From the IMG/VR virus record IMGVR_UViG_3300048914_000068, positions 1 through 43,828 of that record: a DNA stretch of 43,828 bases; one strand, given 5' to 3'. Origin of the DNA: a virus. The notes below the pieces were generated by a model. That model was not told the origin of the DNA. It searched no databases and was given only the letters and a program-made list of their open reading frames with translations. Positions 1 through 8,973 of this stretch are shown in pieces; the stretch's first letter is position 1, and each line of letters begins with the position of its first letter. The translations under genes were made by a program, and so were the position numbers.

Positions 1-127
1 GCCCGCTTCGTCGCTACCGAGCTGAAAGCCTTGTCCAAGGCGCAGGGACCGGTGCGCGTCATGCAGAAGGCGGCGAAGGAATTCGCGGAAGCCATGCTGT
101 CCCGCAAGCAGATCAAGGACATCAAGC
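1..127. repeat. Left copy of the exact 127-nt end overlap (identical to 43702..43828); assembly circularisation signature
   Basis: Base-by-base identity of the first and last 127 nt of the window. Confidence 0.95.
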
Positions 128-2658
128 CGAACCAATACGCCGCCGCCGAGACCCGCGCCGCCAAGAACGCGGAGAAGGCACTCAAGTCTGGTGACTCTGC
201 CACAGCGGTCGCGGAGAAACGCAACCAGCTGGTGCAAAACTACGCCACGCGCGCCGCCTACGACGCGTTGACCGAGATTGAAAAGGGCGTGCGCTACTTG
301 CGCAAGTTCGACACCGAAGGCACCCGCAAGAACATCGACAGCGAGTACACCGACCAGATCGACACGCTGCTGGAACGCTTCGACTTGCGCACCTCCGTCT
401 CCAACAAGGATTCCGCCAAGCGCGAGAGTTTGATCAAGTGGGTTGAGGGGCAGCGTGAGCAGGGGTTCGAGCCGGACATCCCGCCCGAGCTGCTCAGCGA
501 AGCCATGCGCAAGCCCTACCGCACGATGACGCTGGAAGAGTTGCGCGGTTTGGTCGACACGGTGAAGCAAATCGAGCACCTCGGCCGACTGAAGCAGAAA
601 CTGCTGACCGCCAAGGACGAACGTGAATTCCAAGCCGTAGTCACCGAGATCAGCACCTCGATCGAGCAGAACGCGCAGGGCCGTACCGCCGAGACGCGGA
701 CGCCGACCGACGCCCTCGGCAAGCTCGCGGCCTCGCTCAAGCGCTTCTGGGCTTCCCACATCAAGGCCGCGACCTGGTCGCGCGTCTTGGATGGCGGCGC
801 GGATGGCGGCGCGATGTGGGAGTACTTCATGCGCTCGGCGAATGAACGCGGCGACATGGAGACCTCCATGCGGGCGGATGCCACTCTCGCGCTGTCCAGC
901 ATTCTCAGCCCAGTCGTCAAGACCTGGCCGACGATCCAAGGCAAGGGCCGCTACTTCGAGAGCGTCAAGCGGGCTTTCACCCGCGAAGGCGCGATGGCTG
1001 TGGCGCTGAACACGGGCAACGAGGGCAACTTACAGCGCTTGCTCGGCGGGGAGGGGTGGACGTTCCAACAAATCCGCCCAGTGCTGGAGTCGTTGACCGC
1101 GCAAGAGTGGCAAGCCGTACAGGCGGTTTGGGACCACTTCGAGACCTACCGCCCCGAGATCGGTGCCAAGGAACGCCGCATCTACGGCAAGGAGCCGAAT
1201 TGGATCGAGCCGACACCGTTCACCATCCGCACCGCAGACGGGCAGGAGATGAACCTCAAAGGGGGCTACTACCCGATCAAGTACGACGCCGCCGCCAGCC
1301 AGCGCGCCGAGGAGCATGCGGCCGCCGAGCAGGCCAAGCGCGACATGCAAGGTGCCTACACTGCGGCCACCACGCGGCGCAGCTTCACCAAGGCGCGCAG
1401 TGAGGAGGTCAGCGGTCGCCCGCTGCTGTACTCGCTGGTGGGCGTCTACTCGGGCGTGAACGATGTTATCCACGACCTGTCGTGGCATGAGTGGCTGATC
1501 GACGCGAACCGGCTGCTGCGCAGCAAGGCGATCGACCAGGCGATCCGCAGCCACTACGGACCGCAGGTCAAGGACCAGTACAAGCAGTGGGTCAAGGATG
1601 TGGCGCAGGGTGAAACCCGTGCCGACAACCCCGCCGAGGTCGGGGTGTCCTGGCTGCGTCAGGGCGTGAGTGCGGCAGGGCTGGGGTTCAACGTGATGAG
1701 CGCGTTAATGCAGGTCACGGGGTACACGCAGTCCATCGTGCGGGTCGGACCGACATGGGCGGCAAGAGGACTTGCCCAGTACGCGGCCAACCCTGTCGGC
1801 AAGGCGCGGGAAGTGCTCGGCAAGTCCAGCTTCATGGAAGGCCGTAACCGCACCCAGTTCCGCGAGCTGAACGAATTGCGCAACCAGGTCGAGGGGCAGA
1901 CCGCCGCAGGCCGTGCGCTCTCCCTTGGCACGTACTTCCTCATGATGCGGATGCAGAAAATGGTCGACGTGCCGACCTGGCTTGGGGCGTATGAGAAGGC
2001 CATCACCGAGGGGAACAACGAGGAGCGCAGCATCGCGCTTGCCGACCAAGCCGTGATCGACAGCCAAGGATCCGGCATGGTCAAGGACCTGTCGACCATC
2101 GAGCGCGGGGGGCCGGCGCTGAAGTTGTTCACCGTGTTCTACTCCTACATGAACACCGCACTCAACATGGGTGTGCAGGTCGGCATGACAGAACAGAACA
2201 AGGCCAAGTTCGCAGCCAAGATGCTGATGATCTACTCCGTGCCTGTGGTGCTGGGCTACGCGTTCAAGCATGCACTCACCCCCGGAGGGGGTGACGATGA
2301 CGACCCGGAGAAGCTTGCCAAAGCCTTGGCCGCCGAGCACATCAGCTACCTGACCGGGCTGTTTGTCGGAGTCCGCGAGTTCAGCGAGATGGGCAAGATC
2401 GTGACCGGTGCCGAAGGCGTACGCGACTACGCCGGCCCCGCTGGCGCGCGTGTGGTGGGCGACGCCTACAAGGCCGGCAAGCAGGCCATGCAAGGCGAGT
2501 TCGATGACGCCTTCCGCAAGGCGTCGATCAATCTGCTGGGCGACCTGTCCGGCATGCCTTCCGCCCAGATCAACCGCACCATCACCGGAGTCAATGCGCT
2601 CTCCGAAGGCGACACGAGCAACCCCGCCGCCGTGGTGCTCGGCTACCAGAAAAAATAA
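1..2658 (+). CDS. 3' part (885 codons) of the 2,607-aa giant virion ejection / polyvalent protein gene; the 5' part is 38536..43828 (gene split by the linearisation point of a circular assembly)
   Basis: The frame is open from nt 1; track ORF 31..2658 merely starts at an internal TTG. nt 1-127 equal 43702-43828 and the 43,701-nt unit is divisible by 3, so the frame is continuous. C-terminal hydrophobic segments (LKLFTVFYSYMNTALNMGV, MLMIYSVPVVLGYAF) fit a membrane-inserting ejection protein. Confidence 0.85.
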   Translation, partial: ARFVATELKALSKAQGPVRVMQKAAKEFAEAMLSRKQIKDIKPNQYAAAETRAAKNAEKALKSGDSATAVAEKRNQLVQNYATRAAYDALTEIEKGVRYLRKFDTEGTRKNIDSEYTDQIDTLLERFDLRTSVSNKDSAKRESLIKWVEGQREQGFEPDIPPELLSEAMRKPYRTMTLEELRGLVDTVKQIEHLGRLKQKLLTAKDEREFQAVVTEISTSIEQNAQGRTAETRTPTDALGKLAASLKRFWASHIKAATWSRVLDGGADGGAMWEYFMRSANERGDMETSMRADATLALSSILSPVVKTWPTIQGKGRYFESVKRAFTREGAMAVALNTGNEGNLQRLLGGEGWTFQQIRPVLESLTAQEWQAVQAVWDHFETYRPEIGAKERRIYGKEPNWIEPTPFTIRTADGQEMNLKGGYYPIKYDAAASQRAEEHAAAEQAKRDMQGAYTAATTRRSFTKARSEEVSGRPLLYSLVGVYSGVNDVIHDLSWHEWLIDANRLLRSKAIDQAIRSHYGPQVKDQYKQWVKDVAQGETRADNPAEVGVSWLRQGVSAAGLGFNVMSALMQVTGYTQSIVRVGPTWAARGLAQYAANPVGKAREVLGKSSFMEGRNRTQFRELNELRNQVEGQTAAGRALSLGTYFLMMRMQKMVDVPTWLGAYEKAITEGNNEERSIALADQAVIDSQGSGMVKDLSTIERGGPALKLFTVFYSYMNTALNMGVQVGMTEQNKAKFAAKMLMIYSVPVVLGYAFKHALTPGGGDDDDPEKLAKALAAEHISYLTGLFVGVREFSEMGKIVTGAEGVRDYAGPAGARVVGDAYKAGKQAMQGEFDDAFRKASINLLGDLSGMPSAQINRTITGVNALSEGDTSNPAAVVLGYQKK

Positions 2659-2694
2659 AACCGTGTCCTTGACGCGGGGCCTAGGGTCCAGAAT
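2658..2694 (+). promoter_or_regulatory. Late-operon motif copy L1 (AAACCGTGTCCTTGACG - 14 nt - CAGAAT), upstream of the tail fibre gene
   Basis: One of five copies of the same 17-mer. The first A is the last base of the TAA stop of the giant gene. A -10-like hexamer follows at a fixed 14-nt distance. Confidence 0.5.
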
Positions 2695-2723
2695 GTCGCA
2701 AGTTTGTAGGGGAACCCCACGAA

Positions 2724-4703
2724 ATGACCATCGCCATCGCCACGGCTAAAGCAGGCCCTTACACCGGTAACGGCGTAACGTCGTCCTTTAGCTTCGCCTT
2801 CAATGTGTTTGCGGATGGCGACATCCGCGTCGTCGAGACCCTGACCGCGACAGGGGAGGAAACTGATCTCGTCCTCAACACGGACTACACCGTCAGCCGT
2901 AATCTCGACCAGGATAACAACCCCGGGGGGACGATCACCTACAAAGTGGGCGGCATCACTGCGGCGCTGCCATCGACAAAGAAGCTCACCATCGTCGGCG
3001 ACTTCAGCTTCGAGCAACCCACAGACATCCCCAACGGCGGCAGCTTTTTCGCGTCGGTCATTGAGACCGCTTTGGACCGCTTGACGCTGCTCGTGAAGCA
3101 GCTCAAGGTGGACACCGACCGCTCCGTTAAGGTTGACGTGTCGAGCAGCATCGACCCCGCCGAACTGATTGAAGAGCTGCTTGACGCGTCCACCGCCGCC
3201 GTGGCAGCCGCTGCCGGCGCTGCGGTGAGCGAGGGCAATGCCGCAGTCAGCGAAGCGAACGCAGCCGCAAGTGAAGCAGCAGCAGCGGTAAGCGAGACGA
3301 ACGCTGCGGCCAGCGCGACCAGCTCAAGTGCGTCGGCTACAAGCGCAAGTGCGTCGGCCACAAGCGCAAGTGCTTCGGCTACAAGCGCAAGTGCTTCGGC
3401 CACCACTGCCACCGCGCAGGCCACAAGTGCAAGTGCTTCGGCCACCACTGCCACCACGCAAGCCACCAACGCCAGCACGTCGGCCACCAACGCCAGCACG
3501 TCGGCCACCAACGCCAGCACATCGGCCACCAACGCCAGCACATCGGCCACGAGCGCATCCACCAGTGCTAGCGCGGCCTCTGCTTCGGCAGCCAGTGCGC
3601 AGGCGATCGTCGATTCGGTCGGCTTCCGGGACGTGCTGTTCAAGACGTTCTCTGACAGCCCGATCACGGTCGCACAATCCATGTCCGGCAAGCTGCTGTC
3701 GATCGATACTTCGGGCGGCGCGGTCACGATCAACCTGCCGGCGATCAGCGGGCTGACGCTGCCTTTCACCGTCGGGGTCAAGAAGGCCACCGGGGACTCC
3801 AACAGCGTCACCATCAACCGTGGCGGCAGTGACACCTTCGACGACGCCACTACCGCGCAGACGCTGTCGTCCATCGGCGGTATGACCTTGATCCCGGACA
3901 CCGACCCCGCACCAGACAAGTGGACCACGGCCGTCTTCGGCGCCGCCACCGGGCAGCAGCAGAAACAGCAGTTCTCCGGAGGTGGCGTCGACTTCACCGC
4001 CGGCTCCACCACCACGCTGACCATCACCGAAACGCCGATACCAACCTCGAAGGACGCGCTTGACGTCTTCTTCGATGCCGCGTACCAGCAGGAAAGCGAG
4101 TGGAGCTACAACGCGTCGACCGGGGTCATCACCTTCAACTCGGCGATTCCCACGGGGACGCTGAAGGTGCAGGCCCGCTGGATCTCGCCGCTTGCCATCG
4201 GCACGCCGGCGGATGGCACCGTGACGCTGGCCAAGATGGCGAACATCGCGACGCAGAAACTGATCGGTCGCTCGACATCCGGCACGGGCGTGCCGGAAGC
4301 ACTGTCAATCGACTCGACCACGCTGCAGCTATCGGGCGGCACGCTGTCGACGAAGTCTCCTTTCAACGCCAGCTACGACAGCGGCGATCAGACTATTACC
4401 GCAGCGGGCACGCTGACGCTCACGCATAACCTGGGGGTACTGCCGAAGGACATCGTTTGCTTCCTGCACTGCACCACTGCGGAATTCGGCTACTCCATCG
4501 GGGACATGGTCCCCTGCGCAGGCTTCGCGAGTTACGACGGCACGGCGTCACGGGGGGTTCAGTTCTACGATCTGACCACAACGCAGATGTCCTTGCGCTT
4601 CGCCAACGGGGCCGCGACCATGGCCCTTCTCAACAAAACCACGGGTGTGTATGTAGCCACCACGAACGCGAATTGGAAACTAGTAGTTAGGGCGTATGGT
4701 TGA
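2724..4703 (+). CDS. Tail fibre protein (659 aa)
   Basis: Position after the ejection-protein genes. Beta-rich N-terminal virion-attachment-like region, central Ala/Ser/Thr heptad array, beta-rich C-terminal region. AGGGGA box 10 nt upstream of ATG 2724. Confidence 0.75.
   Translation: MTIAIATAKAGPYTGNGVTSSFSFAFNVFADGDIRVVETLTATGEETDLVLNTDYTVSRNLDQDNNPGGTITYKVGGITAALPSTKKLTIVGDFSFEQPTDIPNGGSFFASVIETALDRLTLLVKQLKVDTDRSVKVDVSSSIDPAELIEELLDASTAAVAAAAGAAVSEGNAAVSEANAAASEAAAAVSETNAAASATSSSASATSASASATSASASATSASASATTATAQATSASASATTATTQATNASTSATNASTSATNASTSATNASTSATSASTSASAASASAASAQAIVDSVGFRDVLFKTFSDSPITVAQSMSGKLLSIDTSGGAVTINLPAISGLTLPFTVGVKKATGDSNSVTINRGGSDTFDDATTAQTLSSIGGMTLIPDTDPAPDKWTTAVFGAATGQQQKQQFSGGGVDFTAGSTTTLTITETPIPTSKDALDVFFDAAYQQESEWSYNASTGVITFNSAIPTGTLKVQARWISPLAIGTPADGTVTLAKMANIATQKLIGRSTSGTGVPEALSIDSTTLQLSGGTLSTKSPFNASYDSGDQTITAAGTLTLTHNLGVLPKDIVCFLHCTTAEFGYSIGDMVPCAGFASYDGTASRGVQFYDLTTTQMSLRFANGAATMALLNKTTGVYVATTNANWKLVVRAYG
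3185..3602 (+). repeat. In-frame 21-nt (7-aa) periodic array inside the tail fibre gene, about 19 heptads
   Basis: Near-perfect tandem units GCCACCAACGCCAGCAC(G/A)TCG x4 at 3462-3545 and AGTGC(G/T)TCGGC(T/C)ACAAGCGCA x3 at 3327-3389. Peptide reads AAVSEGN/AAVSEAN/.../ATNASTS x4. Confidence 0.9.
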
Positions 4704-4728
4704 ACTAAAAAGATGAAAGGCTTAGACC

Positions 4729-5079
4729 ATGAGCGAACGTTTCACGCTGACGCAGGAGCACATCGAGATGCTCAACAGCAGACGGGCGGTAGACGCGCAA
4801 TTCGGCGAGTTCATGCAGGACTCGGACGCCCGCGTCAATCGTCTCGAAAAAGCCGTAGCCCGTCTCGAAGCCGTGATCAACGAGATGCACACGGCGCTGT
4901 TCGCCAAGGACGACACCAACGAGTACGGGGTCACGGGGTTAATGGTGAATATGCAGCGAATCGTCAGGCACACGGAAGTAGTGTGTAACATCGCCCGCTT
5001 CTTCAAGTGGTGCGTCGTCGGTGTGCTCGGCATCGTGACGCCGTTCCTCGCGGCGCTGCATTACCTCGGTTGGGTCTGA
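4729..5079 (+). CDS. Tail-anchored coiled-coil membrane protein, function unknown (between tail fibre and holin)
   Basis: 116-aa ORF with a helical charged body and a single C-terminal hydrophobic helix (WCVVGVLGIVTPFLAALHYLGWV). Confidence 0.6.
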   Translation: MSERFTLTQEHIEMLNSRRAVDAQFGEFMQDSDARVNRLEKAVARLEAVINEMHTALFAKDDTNEYGVTGLMVNMQRIVRHTEVVCNIARFFKWCVVGVLGIVTPFLAALHYLGWV

Positions 5080-5081
5080 TC

Positions 5082-5549
5082 ATGTTCTCCGCACTTTTCT
5101 CCTTCCTCGGTGGCTCCGTGTTTCGCATGATCTGGGGCGAGGTCTCGTCCTACTTCAACAAGAAGCAAGATCACGAGTACGAGATGCAGCGCCTGACGCT
5201 GGAGTCCGAACTTGACGCGAAACGGCATGAGCGTGACATGTACCGACTCAAGATGCAAGCCGATCTCAACGTGCGCGAGGTCCAGGTGATGGCGGACGCG
5301 GCGGTCAGCAAGACCGAGGCCGACGCCTGGCTCGATGCCGTGCAGTCGGTAGGCAAACAGACGGGCTACAAGGTCATCGATATCTGGAACGGTGCCATCC
5401 GGCCTCTGCTGGCGACGCTGTCGATTGGCGTGGTGGTGGTGGAGATCATCGCGCACGGCTTTGTGCTGAGCGATTGGGACCGCGAACTGGTGGCCGCGAT
5501 CCTCGGCATTTACGTGGCCGACCGCACCCTACAGAAACGAGGTAAATGA
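5082..5549 (+). CDS. Putative holin (155 aa; resembles the 'holin of 3 TMs for gene-transfer release' architecture)
   Basis: ATG 5082 lies 2 nt after the stop of the previous gene. N-terminal MFSALFSFLGGSVFRMIWG, long charged helical middle, C-terminal hydrophobic helices (IRPLLATLSIGVVVVEIIAHGFVL, LVAAILGIYVA). Sits immediately upstream of the lysozyme. Confidence 0.55.
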   Translation: MFSALFSFLGGSVFRMIWGEVSSYFNKKQDHEYEMQRLTLESELDAKRHERDMYRLKMQADLNVREVQVMADAAVSKTEADAWLDAVQSVGKQTGYKVIDIWNGAIRPLLATLSIGVVVVEIIAHGFVLSDWDRELVAAILGIYVADRTLQKRGK

Positions 5550-5620
5550 TGCCTGCCTTCCTCCTCTGGCTTGCCTTCGGCGGGATCTTTCTGCTGGCGA
5601 TGGTGGATTTCGGGCGATGA
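5546..5620 (+). CDS. 24-aa hydrophobic peptide MMPAFLLWLAFGGIFLLAMVDFGR (not in ORF track; below size cut-off)
   Basis: ATG overlaps the holin stop (AAATGATG) and its TGA overlaps the endolysin ATG (ATGA). GAGG box 4 nt upstream. Single predicted TM helix. Confidence 0.45.
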   Translation: MMPAFLLWLAFGGIFLLAMVDFGR

Positions 5621-6039
5621 TCGAGGAGCTCGCCACGCTCTACGCGCTGATCCGCCGATTCGAGGGTTGCCGGCTCACCCCATATCTATGCCCCGCAGGG
5701 GTGTGGACGTGCGGCTGGGGCAGCACCGGCGCTGATGTCTTCCCCGGTAAAGCATGGACGCAGGAGTACGCCGATCAGCGCATGCAAGCCGACGCGCTGA
5801 AGTTCGCCAAAGGTACGCTCAGGCTGTGCCCCGGGCTGACGGGCGCCGGCCTGTGCGCGATCGCCGATTTTGCTTACAACCTAGGCCTTGGCAAGTTGCG
5901 GGCGTCAACCCTACGCCGTAAGATCAACGCGGGAGACATGGAAACCGCGAAGATGGAGTTGCACAAATGGGTAAGGGGAGGGGGCAGGATCCTGCCCGGG
6001 CTCGTCCTGCGCCGCCAGGCAGAGGCCGCGCTACTGTAA
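5617..6039 (+). CDS. Endolysin, glycoside hydrolase family 24 (lambda/P22-type lysozyme), 140 aa
   Basis: Motifs RRFEGCRLTPY (catalytic Glu), GVWTCGWG, DFAYNLG. Size and position in the lysis cassette fit. Confidence 0.9.
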   Translation: MIEELATLYALIRRFEGCRLTPYLCPAGVWTCGWGSTGADVFPGKAWTQEYADQRMQADALKFAKGTLRLCPGLTGAGLCAIADFAYNLGLGKLRASTLRRKINAGDMETAKMELHKWVRGGGRILPGLVLRRQAEAALL

Positions 6040-6050
6040 AGGAAGAAGAA

Positions 6051-6575
6051 ATGACGACGCAATTAACTGCCGGATGCATCGCCGATAGCTCCGTAGATTA
6101 CTCGAAAGTCGCTGTGGGCGCCGTGGTGCAGCGGGTCTCCACCAGCAGCGGTGCGGTAGCGACCGGCTCCACCACAGTGCCGGTAGACGACACCATCCCG
6201 CAGAACACGGAAGGCAACGCCGTCAGCGCGATCGACACCGCCATCACGCCGAAGTCGACCACCCACCGCCTGCGGATCGAGGTGGTGGTGGTGTGCTCGC
6301 ATGGCACCGATGCCGCTAACTTGGTGCTGGCACTGTTCCAGGACTCGACGGCCAACGCGTTGGCCGCGACGGGGACCGCGCAATCCGGCAGTAACACCCT
6401 GACCACCTTACGGCTCACCTATGAAATGGCGGCTGGCACTACGTCCGCTACTACGTTCAAGGCAAGGGTGGGGTCGGGCACGGCGGGTACCGTCACGATC
6501 AACGGCACGTCCAGTGCGCGCCTGTTCGGCGGGGTGATGTCGTCGATCATGACCATCACGGAATGCAAGGCTTGA
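6051..6575 (+). CDS. Hypothetical beta-rich protein (174 aa), last gene of the late arm
   Basis: ATG 6051 preceded by AAGGAAGAAG. Thr/Ser/Ala/Gly-rich beta-type sequence with no TM segment. Its 3' end overlaps the convergent gene 6556..6816 by 20 nt. Confidence 0.6.
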   Translation: MTTQLTAGCIADSSVDYSKVAVGAVVQRVSTSSGAVATGSTTVPVDDTIPQNTEGNAVSAIDTAITPKSTTHRLRIEVVVVCSHGTDAANLVLALFQDSTANALAATGTAQSGSNTLTTLRLTYEMAAGTTSATTFKARVGSGTAGTVTINGTSSARLFGGVMSSIMTITECKA

Positions 6576-6816
6576 TCTCAAACGCTCTCGTCTCTTCGTT
6601 GAGCACCATCGGCGGCAACTCCGGGTGGGCGATCACGATCCGGTTGTCCTGGTCAAGCGCCATCGCCGTACGCGCGTCATAACCGGGCGGGAACTCAAAA
6701 GGCATCATAGGATTTTTCTTCCAAACCAATGCGGGCATTGACTTAGGGTATGCGAACCACCGCATAGCGGGCATGTTTTGATTCGGTAAGTCATCGTCCT
6801 CCCCTTTTTTCACCAC
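6556..6816 (-). CDS. Hypothetical protein (86 aa), last gene of the - strand arm
   Basis: Track ORF; overlaps the upstream gene end by 7 nt (coupled). Confidence 0.5.
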   Translation of the reverse strand: MVKKGEDDDLPNQNMPAMRWFAYPKSMPALVWKKNPMMPFEFPPGYDARTAMALDQDNRIVIAHPELPPMVLNEETRAFEIKPCIP

Positions 6817-7073
6817 ATCCGAGAAAGTACGGATCGCATCTGTTCGTTTTCTCTTTTCAAGGATGCATTTTCTTTCTCCAGCTCTTCAATGCGTGGATGG
6901 TCCGGCGGCGCAAGAAAGATCGAGCGCTTCTCCCCCATCTGATGCCCGACGTTGAACGCCTTGATCAGCTCCCTGTCCGTGTAATAGTCGCTGCCTTTGC
7001 CCGTGTCGCGCTGCATCCCGCGCATCAGCCCGGTTTCGTATGCGTCGCAGATCATCACCATGCGGCGGTTCAT
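6810..7073 (-). CDS. Hypothetical protein (87 aa) with C-terminal coiled-coil-like segment
   Basis: Track ORF; ATGA-type overlap with the upstream gene. Confidence 0.55.
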   Translation of the reverse strand: MNRRMVMICDAYETGLMRGMQRDTGKGSDYYTDRELIKAFNVGHQMGEKRSIFLAPPDHPRIEELEKENASLKRENEQMRSVLSRMW

Positions 7074-7366
7074 CGCTCGCTCTCCATCTCGATCAACAAG
7101 TCAATGAAGTGCCGGGCCTTCTTCAAGTCCTCGACCCCGTTCTTCGCCTTCCAGCGGCTCACGTACTTGATCACCGCACCCTCGCAGAAGCCGAGCCCGT
7201 TCTTGTGGATGTACTCTACCGGCTGAATTTTCATATCCTTGTAGTGGCTGCCGCCCACCTGGGTGGCGGATGCGCGCTCGGTCAGGGGCGGTGCCATCTC
7301 TCCCTCCATGCAGGCCCCGCCGCATTCCCCTTCGGGCACGTTACAACCGGAATATGGACAAGTCAT
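7070..7366 (-). CDS. DUF3310-family protein (98 aa)
   Basis: Signature GGSHYKDMKIQPVEYI...GAVIKYVSRWKAKNGVEDLKKARHFIDLL matches the DUF3310 pattern common in phage replication modules. Confidence 0.7.
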   Translation of the reverse strand: MTCPYSGCNVPEGECGGACMEGEMAPPLTERASATQVGGSHYKDMKIQPVEYIHKNGLGFCEGAVIKYVSRWKAKNGVEDLKKARHFIDLLIEMESER

Positions 7367-8766
7367 TTTCTTCCTTTCATCGACTCAAGCAAGATATCCT
7401 GCACGGCACGTTTCGTCTCGTGTCGCGCCAGCACCAGTTCATCCACCGTGCCGCGCGCGATGATGTCGTAGATGTACACGGGGCGCTTGTGCCCGGCCTG
7501 GAACTGCCGTACAGGGCCGACACGCCCGATGATCTGGTCGCGCTGGTCCATGTCCCACCAGTGGCCAAAGAACGCGATACGATGGCAATGCGCCTGCAAG
7601 CCGTCCACCCCATGCCCCATGCTGGCGGGGTGACCGAAACCGACTTCATACTTCCCTGTCTTGAACTCGCGCAGTTGCGCCGGGTCTGACAGCACCCGCG
7701 CCTTGGGGAACGCCTTCAGCAGCCGGGCGAGATCGCTCTTGAAGTGGTAGGCCACCAGCACCGGCGAACCGTTCGCCTCGCTCACGATCGACTCTAGCTC
7801 TTGCAGCTTCACGTCATGGACTTCCCGCCATTCCTTCGGCCCGGGCGATTCCTCCCCTTGCACGAGGGGGTCGACGTACACGGCACCGTTGCACAACTGG
7901 AGCAACTTCTGCGTCTTCGCGGCGGCGTTGAACACCTCGGCGTGGCGGTCCTCGATCTGGGTGTACATCTCCTTTTCCATCTCTTTGTACTTGATCCGGG
8001 CCTTCGCTGGTAGCTCGACGTGGCGTGGGACGTGTATCGGCTTTTCCAAGTCGAACCAGTCAGCGGCGTCCACCCGCAGGCACACATCGGACAGCGCGGC
8101 TTGAATCTGCTCCTGGGCGAATTCCATCGGCACCACACCAAAGCCGTTCGGTGCCGTGCGGAACCAGCGGTCCCGGAACGCGGAGTAAGTGCGGCCAAGA
8201 CGTTTGCCCGCGTCGAGGAACCACGCTTGCCCGTAGAGGTCTATCAGCCCGTTTGGCGCTGGCGCACCAGTCAGTTGAATCATGCGCTTCACCTTGGTGT
8301 GCGCAACTCGGGCCAATGCTGCAGTGCGCTTGCCGCCTTGCTTCAGACGGAAAGATTTGAGCTTACGCGCTTCGTCAACTACCACCGTGCGAAAGGGCCA
8401 GCGATCACCCAAGTGCTCAACGAGCCATTCTAGGTTTTCATAGTTGATCGTGTAGGTACTCACGTCGTAGCGTAATGCGGCAAGGCGTTCAGCTTGAGTC
8501 CCCAGTATTGGCATGATGTCGGTTTGCCGTAGATGATCCCACTTCCTCGCCTCTTCCGGCCATGTGTCGCGGGCCACGATCAAGGGCGCGATCACAAGCG
8601 CGGGATGAGACTCCCCCGCGAGGAACAGCGCATCAAGCGCGGTCAGCGTGGATACAGTTTTGCCAACACCCATATCACCCCATACTGCACCGCGCAGCAC
8701 ATCGAGGGCATGATTGGTCATTAGCTGACCGTACGGGCGGGGGGTGTAGGGTCTGCGTTTGGTCAT
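7363..8766 (-). CDS. SNF2-family DEAD/DEAH-box helicase (467 aa)
   Basis: Walker A GDMGVGKT, motif II VVVDEARKLK, C-terminal helicase lobe (VLVAYHFKSD, GHGVDGLQ). Confidence 0.85.
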   Translation of the reverse strand: MTKRRPYTPRPYGQLMTNHALDVLRGAVWGDMGVGKTVSTLTALDALFLAGESHPALVIAPLIVARDTWPEEARKWDHLRQTDIMPILGTQAERLAALRYDVSTYTINYENLEWLVEHLGDRWPFRTVVVDEARKLKSFRLKQGGKRTAALARVAHTKVKRMIQLTGAPAPNGLIDLYGQAWFLDAGKRLGRTYSAFRDRWFRTAPNGFGVVPMEFAQEQIQAALSDVCLRVDAADWFDLEKPIHVPRHVELPAKARIKYKEMEKEMYTQIEDRHAEVFNAAAKTQKLLQLCNGAVYVDPLVQGEESPGPKEWREVHDVKLQELESIVSEANGSPVLVAYHFKSDLARLLKAFPKARVLSDPAQLREFKTGKYEVGFGHPASMGHGVDGLQAHCHRIAFFGHWWDMDQRDQIIGRVGPVRQFQAGHKRPVYIYDIIARGTVDELVLARHETKRAVQDILLESMKGRK

Positions 8767-8969
8767 TCAACCCACGCTTGGCTCACAGGGCACCAGACCA
8801 CGGGCCTCGCGTCTTCCAGTACTTCGAACGGTACAATGTCTTCGTGGGGGTACCCGAGTTTGAAGTAACTACCTTTCCGGCCTACTAAGATAACTTCATC
8901 TGGGTCAAGCTCGACCACCACCGTTCGCTTCTTTGTGGCTTTGCTTACGGTATCCTTTTTGATTTTCAT
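8763..8969 (-). CDS. Hypothetical protein (68 aa)
   Basis: Track ORF; ATGA overlap with the downstream helicase gene. Confidence 0.5.
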   Translation of the reverse strand: MKIKKDTVSKATKKRTVVVELDPDEVILVGRKGSYFKLGYPHEDIVPFEVLEDARPVVWCPVSQAWVE

Positions 8970-8973
8970 CGCG

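Noticed and set aside
3185-3602. The regular 21-nt repeat array as a CRISPR-like or non-coding satellite.
   Set aside because: There are no unique spacers. The units are contiguous, in frame, and translate to a continuous heptad peptide inside a 659-aa ORF.
6051-6080. LTAGC near the N-terminus of the 174-aa protein as a lipoprotein lipobox (possible o-spanin).
   Set aside because: The Cys is at residue 9 with no preceding hydrophobic signal peptide. The protein is also far larger and more beta-rich than Rz1-type spanins.
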